From the NCBI GenBank assembly GCA_022571985.1, contig JACZWU010000002.1:360136-424135 (forward strand): a DNA stretch of 64,000 bases, read 5' to 3'. This document shows, in pieces, positions 19,701 to 26,905 of the stretch. The notes below the pieces were generated by a model. That model was given only the letters and a program-made list of their open reading frames with translations, was not told the DNA's origin and ran no database searches. Both the position numbers and the translations under genes were made by a program. The DNA comes from Candidatus Zixiibacteriota bacterium. Lineage in GTDB: Bacteria; Zixibacteria; MSB-5A5; GN15; FEB-12. The stretch's first letter is position 1. Every line of letters begins with the position of its first letter.

Positions 19701-20100
19701 ATAAGATCAGACAGTTGCCACCAATGCAACTGGCGCCGCGTACGGTATCCGGGTTGCAGATTGTCGGAACCGGGTATACAGGGAAGCAGCTGATGCCAAA
19801 AGTAAAGTAGCATTGATAAATCTCAATATCGCGCGCATCAATGTAGCCGTCACCGTTCATATTGCCCCACCAGGCGGAATCAGGGGCCGGACCGGCACCT
19901 TCGATAAAATTAGTCAGGTAGACGAGGTCTGCAACAGTGAGGGCCATGCCGTCCCCGTTGATGTCGCCATCCGCGAAGCATGTGTTCAGCTCATCCTCGG
20001 AATAGCCCTGATTGTCAATGAGTGATGGTGCTGCTGTTCCTGTAACTGCCCCAAGCAGCAATAGTGTCAGAGCATAGGTGATAAGTTTTTTGATTAACAT
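16753..20100 (-). CDS. 1115-aa secreted protein with dockerin-like modules at both ends, a Cys-rich segment, three copies of an unassigned ~130-aa module and an internal poly-Ile hydrophobic segment
   Basis: Signal peptide LTLLLLGAVTGTAA. The N-terminal module is DGDINGDGMALTVADLVYLTNFI...NMNGDGYIDARDIEIY. The module repeats are marked by LTVGNIGPSGEDG(F/V)..DLG (twice) and LRVHRLDSSGNDGLSVHWE. The C-terminus is CCIGIRGDFNGDG... Confidence 0.65.
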   Translation of the reverse strand: MLIKKLITYALTLLLLGAVTGTAAPSLIDNQGYSEDELNTCFADGDINGDGMALTVADLVYLTNFIEGAGPAPDSAWWGNMNGDGYIDARDIEIYQCYFTFGISCFPVYPVPTICNPDTVRGASCIGGNCLILSEVNCLDSGGTYFGDGTFCEDFECQSDTVTIFGLQHISLGAANLDTSGGALTVGNIGPSGEDGFTVDLGQSEGVHMGLQIPDTWSSTSFMEFPITGTVNGIPNQAVGTLRLEKDGDSVHIFTDWSPVGATSTTVEIWNSDSLVASESGVTGRVATFLHTSKGFVIILVIIIIIIILVLLSTDASIIVTLPDPTTILLGMGLAVGVGDEIRITPDNPAVEVSAISYVDINAADILDFLVTDEAIQMYGLGHEALGQATLEAASGNLTVGNIGPSGEDGVAIDLGGPVMSWTGSDFSSLPPVDSLVEGATLEFTGIGIVDSVPDQVVGVTTFRKIGGILEVTTDFSNVGSVNKIIELYNDGNLVAIIPDRTGPDLNLIYWPCDIDPWWLGWFFLPIHMIWDVLTFSSAVPIEVIGDSIYMADEVRIRAEDPISENTMASLVHIRATDFPSFTITDEHVMYGMLTIGEYHNEALDYFYANNPLTGNETYLTIADVRNVLGVLTDYVHSQGFDSSSAEQQGVAIVDWLTGFGLLIEIDGDTLYGYPVTSNEIVPYVFDQMAVGNDFFTDSLVSEIYYLNNLTINGTEAGIILNYVTNDFINKPWSPVEIYPVSIFADVYQNSYNYWTGGGRVTDATKIIVADALGALGGLGAGPVGSIILGAFFSIAVAEDLGVAFLDSVEYDGQNVLTLGNAKLDVTFDQLRVHRLDSSGNDGLSVHWEDDPEGNCPTCPTAFRSNWQPLDLTGALAPGSHIKFSATGKVNTIPGQNFGFLQVEKINGVEWDITADYPGSPTHRIEIWNLGQLVTVITGHTGSVARVLEPPGGCKKELLTILDTTRTWCYWLEWPDLINFEILGNFKSNSKASGRDSVFVGDELAVLSEELAGELDYLETFSYTLKDIPEIVFTSMSTSGAGCCIGIRGDFNGDGNDANILDLTYVVDRIFRGGNESICPEEADINGDGDPSNILDLTFIVDFIFRGGPPGGPCQ
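16756..16974 (-). repeat. Dockerin-like C-terminal tag, copy 4
   Basis: CCIGIRGDFNGDGNDANILDLTYVVDRIFRGGNESICPEEADINGDGDPSNILDLTFIVDFIFRGGPPGGPCQ*. Confidence 0.7.
19804..19974 (-). repeat. N-terminal dockerin-like module of the 1115-aa protein (classical type, no CC bracket)
   Basis: ADGDINGDGMALTVADLVYLTNFIEGAGPAPDSAWWGNMNGDGYIDARDIEIYQCYF (aa ~43-99). Confidence 0.55.
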
Positions 20101-20375
20101 GGAAATTTCCTCCCTTGCTTTAAAATGCTAAAAAACCAAGTCATTCGTCTGTGTCCTTGTAGACAAATGCTCGAAGAATTATCAATCTGTATAAAATGCC
20201 CGTCCCGGGTATGCCGTATGCGAGATTTAAGATGCTATATCAGGTAAACGTCTCCTGACCCCTGAACTGTTTATAACTTTAATTCATTCAGAATATCGTG
20301 TCAAGTGAATTCTTTCTTGTCAAGCGAAATTTCATGATTCTTAGAGATTGAAATATTCATAAAATAGTACAATAA

Positions 20376-20495
20376 CTGGGGGCAGACTGGGTGGCCCTCC
20401 CTTCAGGTGGGTTCCTGTGTGATTTGGTCCCGGTCGTCCACCCCGAGGCTACGCTCGGGACTACGCCCCTTGGGGTGGGAGCCACACGAATTCAC
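20376..20495. other. GC-rich structured island inside an 814-bp non-coding spacer (possible ncRNA or regulatory RNA; family unknown)
   Basis: A sharp local GC rise in an AT-rich spacer. There is an 11-bp stem: CCACCCCGAGG (~20438-20448) paired with CCTTGGGGTGG (~20468-20478). A second imperfect stem is CCCTCC-cttca-GGTGGG (~20395-20411). I could not match it to any RNA family from memory. Confidence 0.3.
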
Positions 20496-20647
20496 TCCAA
20501 TCCCACTGCAATATACTTCCGCCCGCCCTTAGTTATTATGACTATCAAACAATTCAATCCCGGACATCGCATTCAAGCTCTTGTCTCATCTTTTTCTGTG
20601 TCTGCTGACTACAAAATCACTACAAGTCCTGATAGCCGAAAAGTAAA

Positions 20648-20840
20648 ATATAACAAAACGAAGCCATTTCTGCAGGCGTCAATAGACTATAGCCCATTCG
20701 CGCGAAGCGGCAAGGGACCATGGCCCATTTTCATTTACCTATAACATGACCCTTCGACTCCGCTCAGGGTGACTCAAAAAATAGGATGTTAAACTTGTGC
20801 TGAACTTGTTTCAGTATATAACAAAACGAATCCATTTATG
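20648..20840. repeat. Degenerate ~168-bp tandem duplication in the spacer
   Basis: ATATAACAAAACGAAGCCATTTCTG (20648-20672) versus ATATAACAAAACGAATCCATTTATG (20816-20840), 23 of 25 identical. Weaker similarity follows each copy (aagcgg..a...atgg..c). Confidence 0.5.
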
Positions 20841-20914
20841 GGCCGTGGCGGTTTTGCCCTAAAGCGGTGAACTATGGTCACATGCAAAGAAAAGATGGCC
20901 CGGTAGCAATAATT

Positions 20915-23900
20915 CTATTTGTCGGAGCTTCCGTTTCGTATTACCAGCGGACCGAGCCAGACAGGCTGATAAGCACCGTCAGAAGATATTACTTTATAGG
21001 TAGTGCCGGCATTGAATGTGAGGGTGTCAATCAGAATCGAGTCCGAGGCATTCCATTCGGTGAGAGAGAGATAGTATGAAGCCAGAAGTTTTTGAGACGC
21101 CGAGGCCTGCAATCCGGGAAACAGGGAGCGGTTACCTGCAAAAAGAAAACGCTGATTAGTATTCGAGGTATGCATGTCATCATTTTCGAAGGCGACGCGG
21201 AGCAAATTAAGACTGTTTTCTACCTGCTCTGAGAAAATAACTGAATCTAAACTGAGATTTGAATTATCCCAATCAAAACCAATAGCCAGACCGTTCACGA
21301 CATTGGCATCATTAAATAAGTAGAGGTCAAGCTGCAACCTGTAGAGTGAATCAACCAGCAGAGGTAGCTGGCTGACTATTAATTTGAGACTGTCAGCAGC
21401 TCCCATATCATTCTCTGAACTAGTACAGCTTTCCGAACCATCACAGTTAGATTCATTGCTGAAAGCGAAATTTTCATACCAGAATTCTACGTCTGCTATA
21501 TCGAGGCCGCCGCAGCGGTCAACATTCATAGCATCAGCCGATAGGGGAGGAGGTCCGGCACGATAGAGGTAATCTACCAGGTTTGTCAGATCGTCAATCC
21601 TTATTGCGCAGTCATCATTGAAGTCGCCGCATAAAAATTCTCTTATAACCAGTTCTACATAAACATAGGCGGGTGAATTAACAGCATCGGCAGATTCAAT
21701 TTTAATCGAGTCAAAGTATATACCTATAGGCAGGCCGCTGATATTAGTTTCAACTTCGACAATGCTGCTGGTATTGCCTTCAATATTATTAATCGAAAGC
21801 CAGCTGATACTTTCACTGCTGAAATATGGAATGAGATAATTATGTGATTCTGATATTTTAAAGTCTTGAGTTGTTGGAGTACACTTATCTGCTGCGCCCA
21901 GAATCTTGAGAGTGTCCGGTGTCAGCACCAGTTCAACCGCATCAATCATAAATTGATTTGAGGTGTCAGAAACAGGACTAAACCTAAAGTTATCAACGAG
22001 AATAAAGGACCAATCATGGCTCTTATAGGCGGTTCTTGGAATGGTGAGAATATGCTCTCCATCATCGGCAATGTTCTCAAGCAAAATTGGCGAGATAGAC
22101 GGGTTGGTAAGGTAAAGCTCCAGAGTGTCGGAAGTACTATTGGAACTCCACTTAATAAGAGCCGAGGAATCAATGAAGAATGTTTCACCGCCGGCCGGTT
22201 CCAGAAAAATAATCCAGCTGAGTATTTCACCTGTAACATCAAAACAAACTTCATAATTTTGATAGTCGGCCGGGTATACCAGAGGCTGCTCTAGTCTGGC
22301 AGTTTCCTGATTTACTTTTATAGTCACGGCATCCCCATAAACGCAGCCTTCGTCTTCTGCGGTAATGTCATCGTCCCGGTAGACTGGCATAAATCCGTAG
22401 GCCCCGGCGTCACTTACTACAAAGCGGCCGCAGAGGTTGCCGTCCGGATCATAGGCTTCGATTACGTCATTAGGCTGCACCAGATGGCCGTGCAGCATTG
22501 CTGATTCACAGTGAAGGTCTATCCAGGAGTCTGAGGTGGAATATGAAGCAAGTGAAAGCAATGTAATTGCCAGGCTGGTGTCGGGAGTAATCAGTTCAGT
22601 CACTACCGGGTAATGATTTTCTTTGAAAGTGCGTAATGTAACTTCTCCGTCAATATCAAAAAACTCGAAGGCCCCGTTTTGATCCGTTAGCGTAGAATCA
22701 AGAACGTTTCCAGTGGGATAGCTGTCGAAGACTTTAACCACTGCTCCGCTAATTCGATTATTGTTATTGTCGGACACGATACCGCTTATTGTCGGCGGGC
22801 GCGATTCTGTTGTGAAAGTCCAAACATTTGTCCATCCAGAACTTCCGCCATCGTTGTGAGCAAATACTGTCCAAAAGTAGGTTGTTGCATATTCAAGAGA
22901 CTCAAAAGAGAATACCGTGTCTGTGATATCTGTGAAATAGTAACCGACAGAATCGGAATTGGCTCTATCAAACGTGATCTCATAATTGTCAGTTCGTTCG
23001 GTACTATGCCAGATGAAAGTAACATTTACCGGTACATCAACAGCGCTGCTGTCTGGTGATATGAGAAGTGGTGAATCAGGTCTCAAATTACGTATGTTTA
23101 CGGAATCAATATTTGAAAGCTCTGAACGATTATTGGCGTTGTCGATAATCTCAATACCGAAGTAATACATGTTTCCTGGAATCAAATTGGTAACTTCAAA
23201 CTGTTCTAAACTTCCTGATATTAACGGTGATGCTTCGCCTGCTGCTTGGGTGGCTCCGTTCCAGTTTAGCAGAGTTGTTAGATTTGTCGAATAACGTAAA
23301 TCTGTCTCAGTTGCAGTGCCGACAGTGCTGTCATCGCCAGAGGCAGTCCAGCTTAGATAGGCAGAGCTAAGAGTGATAGAATCAACCGCCAAATCTGTTA
23401 CAGCCGATGGCGGAATCCTGTCCACTACCGTGTACTTAATATATTCATACGCTGGCTCAATAAGCTCAGTACCCGGCTGCTCGATTCTAATCGAGTCGAA
23501 ATAGATCGACGGTTCGAGCGCCGTTGACGTAATGTTAACGTTAACAAAGTCTCCAATTCGGCCGTTGTCTGGTTGAACGCTCAACCATGGAATTGATTCT
23601 GTGACCACAAATTGAACTATAGTGGTTCCTGTCTCGACATTGAAAACTTGGAATCTATCAGAGACCGGGAGTGCACCATCTTGGTCGGCTGTGAAGTAGA
23701 GAGTATCAGGATCAAATATGAAATCGAGTGGCCGATAGATTACATTGTAACTAATTACTACACTTATGGGTGAATTGACTGCGTTCTCAGATGAGATAAA
23801 GATCGAATCTATATAATTTCCCGGTTCATTAAATCGGTCAATAAAAATTTCAACAAAACCTGGCGTCAAACTATCTACATTCCAAATACGAAGCCAAGGG

Positions 23901-25762
23901 ATTTCTTCTGTAACATTGAAATGAGTATTATATCCGTTAAGCTCAGTTACAAAAAGTGTGTCTAATGGTGTAGGGATTGGTTCCACTCCAAATATCCAAT
24001 AATCAAAGTGTAAGCTATCGGGTGATACAATTAGGAATTTGTCAGCCTCAATTACCTGCAGAATCACATTGATAGATATGGCCCCAATTTCCGCCGAATC
24101 AGAAACAATCCAAATTGAGTCAACATATAGTCCCGGAGGAGTGTTGGGATTTGGATATAAGGTGATTGTATCTTCTGTCATTCCACTCGTATCAGATAGT
24201 AACAACCACTCAATATTTTCAATTACAGAATACGGAATCGAGAATCCTCGAGATTCGAATATGCGTAACTGTTCAGCAGGGTAGTCGCCGCTATTTTGGA
24301 CAAATTCAAAATAAATGCTATCCGGAACTACCTGCAGAAACTTGGGAACGCTGCCAATGGCGTAATTAACCACTACATATTGCGGCGAGTTGTTGGACTC
24401 AGGAGAGATTATTTCGATTGAATCAGTGTAAATTCCTGGTGCAAGTTCTGTCGTTGTTATTATAGTAGTGATTACTTGTTCGGTCGTACCGGTGCTGTCG
24501 CTTAAATCGAGCCAGCTGATATTTTCCCTTACAGAAAAAGGAATGTTAAAAGAGTTAAATTCAGAGATTGTAAATTGTCTCGACGCCGGCAGCTGACCAG
24601 ACTCATCTGCTGAGAAAGTCAGTACTCCGGGTTCTACAACCAGTGTCCTTACACCGCGGTCGAGCTGTAAGGTAACTATAACTTCAATCGGCGAGTTGAC
24701 AGCTTTGGGAGACTGAACAATAAATGAACCGGTGTAGGTTCCGGTTGCTAAGCCAGTGGTGTCGACGTCGATATAAATGCTGTCAGCTGTCAGGCCGCCG
24801 AATCTGGTGTTTAAATCTATCCAGTCATGTTCTGTTGAAATTGTAAAGGGAATAGAGTTGCCGCAGGAATCTGTGACTTCGATTCCCTGAAATGCCAGCG
24901 TCAAGCCCGGAACCCCGAAACCGAATTGCAATGAATTTTCAGATAGACTTAAGAGACCGCGGTTGATAATTATTTTGCTTCGGTCTACCAAAATCTCTTC
25001 GATAGTGGTCGCTTGAGCCGACAGAGAATCAATTATAATATCAATTACAGTTGAGTCTTGGCACAAGTTAGAATTTGTTCCGCGAAAATAAATTTGCGCC
25101 AGAACTGTGTTGCCTGAAGAGTCAACTATGGCAGAACTATGTGAAACATTTACTACCAGCTTTCCGGAAGAATCCGTGCTGTAGCTAAGATTTGTGCCTG
25201 ATGGCAGACCACGTCCCGGGCTGACGCTGTCGAGCTGCAAAGTTGTCCTGTCAAAATCAATGGTAAGTGTGATTTTAGTCAGCCCGCCAAGATTGTAAAG
25301 TTCTATTTCTGATTTGAATGGTGTGCCGAATTCTGTATTGAGAAACTTTGGTGAAGTTCTGATAAGTTTCACGACCGGCAGTAGTTCAATTTCCACCTCT
25401 GTAATTTGACCGGCGACAACATCAATTATGGCAGAGCCGCGATAGATTACTATGCCCTCAGCATCAAGTCCTTCCAGCACAACCAATAGACCTGTTCCTT
25501 CGGGAACATTTTCAATAGTTCCTTCTACAACACCATCAACCATTTCCAGCTCGGCCACGATAGTGTCGCTTGCGGAAATAATAGTCACCTGATAGGTTTC
25601 TACGAGCTCGGCTAATTGCGAATTCTCAAAACTTACAGCAAGCTGAAAACTTATGGCTTGTGTGCCATTGTTTACGATTTTTTCAGCACAGGTGACAAGC
25701 AACGTCAGAGCTGAGAGTGCCAGAAATAATATTAACTTCTTTGAGTGTTTTACTGGTCGCAT
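20915..25762 (-). CDS. 1615-aa multidomain surface protein: two cohesin-like modules, six Ig-like (BACON-like) repeats, two FN3, a CarboxypepD_reg-like module and an internal degenerate dockerin-like segment (scaffoldin-like)
   Basis: Signal peptide with a non-canonical lipobox-like LLVTC. Domain order was read from the translation; see the sub-features and findings. Confidence 0.7.
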   Translation of the reverse strand: MRPVKHSKKLILFLALSALTLLVTCAEKIVNNGTQAISFQLAVSFENSQLAELVETYQVTIISASDTIVAELEMVDGVVEGTIENVPEGTGLLVVLEGLDAEGIVIYRGSAIIDVVAGQITEVEIELLPVVKLIRTSPKFLNTEFGTPFKSEIELYNLGGLTKITLTIDFDRTTLQLDSVSPGRGLPSGTNLSYSTDSSGKLVVNVSHSSAIVDSSGNTVLAQIYFRGTNSNLCQDSTVIDIIIDSLSAQATTIEEILVDRSKIIINRGLLSLSENSLQFGFGVPGLTLAFQGIEVTDSCGNSIPFTISTEHDWIDLNTRFGGLTADSIYIDVDTTGLATGTYTGSFIVQSPKAVNSPIEVIVTLQLDRGVRTLVVEPGVLTFSADESGQLPASRQFTISEFNSFNIPFSVRENISWLDLSDSTGTTEQVITTIITTTELAPGIYTDSIEIISPESNNSPQYVVVNYAIGSVPKFLQVVPDSIYFEFVQNSGDYPAEQLRIFESRGFSIPYSVIENIEWLLLSDTSGMTEDTITLYPNPNTPPGLYVDSIWIVSDSAEIGAISINVILQVIEADKFLIVSPDSLHFDYWIFGVEPIPTPLDTLFVTELNGYNTHFNVTEEIPWLRIWNVDSLTPGFVEIFIDRFNEPGNYIDSIFISSENAVNSPISVVISYNVIYRPLDFIFDPDTLYFTADQDGALPVSDRFQVFNVETGTTIVQFVVTESIPWLSVQPDNGRIGDFVNVNITSTALEPSIYFDSIRIEQPGTELIEPAYEYIKYTVVDRIPPSAVTDLAVDSITLSSAYLSWTASGDDSTVGTATETDLRYSTNLTTLLNWNGATQAAGEASPLISGSLEQFEVTNLIPGNMYYFGIEIIDNANNRSELSNIDSVNIRNLRPDSPLLISPDSSAVDVPVNVTFIWHSTERTDNYEITFDRANSDSVGYYFTDITDTVFSFESLEYATTYFWTVFAHNDGGSSGWTNVWTFTTESRPPTISGIVSDNNNNRISGAVVKVFDSYPTGNVLDSTLTDQNGAFEFFDIDGEVTLRTFKENHYPVVTELITPDTSLAITLLSLASYSTSDSWIDLHCESAMLHGHLVQPNDVIEAYDPDGNLCGRFVVSDAGAYGFMPVYRDDDITAEDEGCVYGDAVTIKVNQETARLEQPLVYPADYQNYEVCFDVTGEILSWIIFLEPAGGETFFIDSSALIKWSSNSTSDTLELYLTNPSISPILLENIADDGEHILTIPRTAYKSHDWSFILVDNFRFSPVSDTSNQFMIDAVELVLTPDTLKILGAADKCTPTTQDFKISESHNYLIPYFSSESISWLSINNIEGNTSSIVEVETNISGLPIGIYFDSIKIESADAVNSPAYVYVELVIREFLCGDFNDDCAIRIDDLTNLVDYLYRAGPPPLSADAMNVDRCGGLDIADVEFWYENFAFSNESNCDGSESCTSSENDMGAADSLKLIVSQLPLLVDSLYRLQLDLYLFNDANVVNGLAIGFDWDNSNLSLDSVIFSEQVENSLNLLRVAFENDDMHTSNTNQRFLFAGNRSLFPGLQASASQKLLASYYLSLTEWNASDSILIDTLTFNAGTTYKVISSDGAYQPVWLGPLVIRNGSSDK
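20939..21394 (-). other. C-terminal cohesin-like module (aa ~1457-1608)
   Basis: LKLIVSQLPLLVDSLYRLQLDLYLFNDANVVNGLAIGFDWDNSNLSLDSVIFSEQV...RFLFAGNRS...LLASYYLSLTEWNASDSILIDTLTFNAG. This fits the cohesin-type layout: a selected-strand pattern, 'xFxWDxxxLxLxSV', then an 'LAxxxFxL' block. Confidence 0.45.
21464..21634 (-). repeat. Internal degenerate dockerin-like segment of the giant protein
   Basis: LCGDFNDDCAIRIDDLTNLVDYLYRAGPPPLSADAMNVDRCGGLDIADVEFWYENF. Cys residues sit inside both calcium-loop positions. Confidence 0.5.
23420..24949 (-). repeat. Five tandem ~100-aa Ig-like (BACON-like) repeats (aa ~272-781); a sixth copy lies near aa ~1280-1375
   Basis: The recurrent pattern is P(D/G)x(L/I)xF...(I/N)P(F/Y)xVxExIxWLxLxxxxGxxxxxIxxxIxxxxLxPGxYxDSIxIxSxxAxNSPxxVxVxxxV. 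Confidence 0.65.
24959..25375 (-). other. N-terminal cohesin-like module (aa ~130-268)
   Basis: VVKLIRTSPKFLNTEFGTPFKSEIELYNLGGLTKITLTIDFDRTTLQLDSVSPGRGLPSGTNLSYSTDSSGKLVVNVSHSSAIVDSSGNTVLAQIYFRGTN...STVIDIIIDSL. Compare the cohesin consensus G..F.V.V.L.N...L.....L.YD...L....V..G.......F......G.I.V.......I...G.LA.I.F. Confidence 0.5.
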
Positions 25763-25771
25763 TGGTAAAAT

Positions 25772-26905
25772 CTAAAAAGTAACGGTTGCGCTGGTAAAGA
25801 TGTTGACGCCGTTAATAGTTATTGAGCCGCTATTGGCCGAGCCTGCAAAATATTTGCTGCCGGCGCTCAAGACTGGGCCGTTTTTTATGGCTTTGGTGAG
25901 ACTTCCGCCCAAACCGACATAGTGCGAACTGCGCAGTTGGTTTGGTCCTTCACCTTCGTTTGCCGAAATAAATTTTATTTCCCAGGCGGGTGATACAGCC
26001 CAGCCGCTTCCGAAGTAACGGCTCAGATCTAACTGGGCAGTAAATTCGTTTCCAAATAGCTGAAACTGATCAGTCACAGATTCGTTGGCATCGTACTGAG
26101 TGTTACGTCCACGCCATAAATAGCCGAGTCTGAAATCTCCCTGGTATCTGCCGGTCTGGTAGCGGCTACCAACTCTGAAAAAGGCCTGCGATGATTGTTT
26201 AAAAGTCTTGCTGCCTTCATAACGATCTGGCGTATAGAAAGTCAGCGTAATATCAGCAAATAAAATTCCTTTTTCTTGTTTGCGGTCAAGTCCGGCAGTA
26301 ATGCTGACAAAGTTGCCGGGGTTGTATTTCCCAAGACCGCGATAAGGTTCATACTTGCCGGTAAACTCAAAGAGAAGTCCTAGTCCACCCCGAAGAGAGC
26401 CGAGCATAGTTGCACCGCCAATCAAAATATTACCACCCAATCCTTGACCGAATCGTCGCATGGGGAAATTCAGATAGTTTCGGGATAGAATTCCCAAGAC
26501 AGTAGTATCAGTATCAAAGGTCAGGCCAGTCTTGCCGGTTGGCAAATTCAGCCCCAAACTTATTATAATCCTGTCATCTGAAAGAGATTGATTTATCTGG
26601 AAACGGATGTCACTGGCACCGGTCAGACCGGTGGCTTGGTAATCTGTTTTAAGGTCGTTGACCGAGCCGGCCGCAAAAAAGAGCACTTCAAGGTTTTCAC
26701 GAACAGGAACAAAACCCTTAATAGGAAAATAGAACTGGGAGAAACCGGTTGAGCCGTTATTTTTGTCATCCAGGCTCCAGTGATAGAAGACAATCCGTGT
26801 GCTGGCTGAGGGTGGTCGGCCGGCAACAACCTGCGCCAGGCCATCGGCATTGGCAGTAATTATCAATACCAGAGCCATCAATATCATTTTAGATTGCTTA
26901 ATCAC
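25772..26905 (-). CDS. Outer-membrane beta-barrel protein
   Basis: Signal peptide MILMALVLIITANA. The protein shows alternating amphipathic strands throughout, a Gly/Tyr/Arg-rich composition and a C-terminal ...TSATVTF. The GTG start overlaps the upstream stop by 8 nt (GTGATTAA). Confidence 0.7.
   Translation of the reverse strand: MIKQSKMILMALVLIITANADGLAQVVAGRPPSASTRIVFYHWSLDDKNNGSTGFSQFYFPIKGFVPVRENLEVLFFAAGSVNDLKTDYQATGLTGASDIRFQINQSLSDDRIIISLGLNLPTGKTGLTFDTDTTVLGILSRNYLNFPMRRFGQGLGGNILIGGATMLGSLRGGLGLLFEFTGKYEPYRGLGKYNPGNFVSITAGLDRKQEKGILFADITLTFYTPDRYEGSKTFKQSSQAFFRVGSRYQTGRYQGDFRLGYLWRGRNTQYDANESVTDQFQLFGNEFTAQLDLSRYFGSGWAVSPAWEIKFISANEGEGPNQLRSSHYVGLGGSLTKAIKNGPVLSAGSKYFAGSANSGSITINGVNIFTSATVTF

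Noticed and set aside
20200-20500. I considered a group II intron domain V, tmRNA, RNase P, SRP RNA, and cobalamin or c-di-GMP riboswitches for the structured region.
   Set aside because: I could not find the conserved core sequences of any of these families by eye. For example, there is no GCCACTG B12 box, no domain-V AGC/GAAA hairpin and no tRNA-like 3' end. It remains an unassigned element.
20391-20744. A 117-aa plus-strand ORF starting in the GC-rich island of the 814-bp spacer.
   Set aside because: It has a GTG start and no RBS. Its composition switches abruptly from GC-rich to AT-rich, and it has no recognisable domain. It is more likely non-coding structured DNA/RNA.
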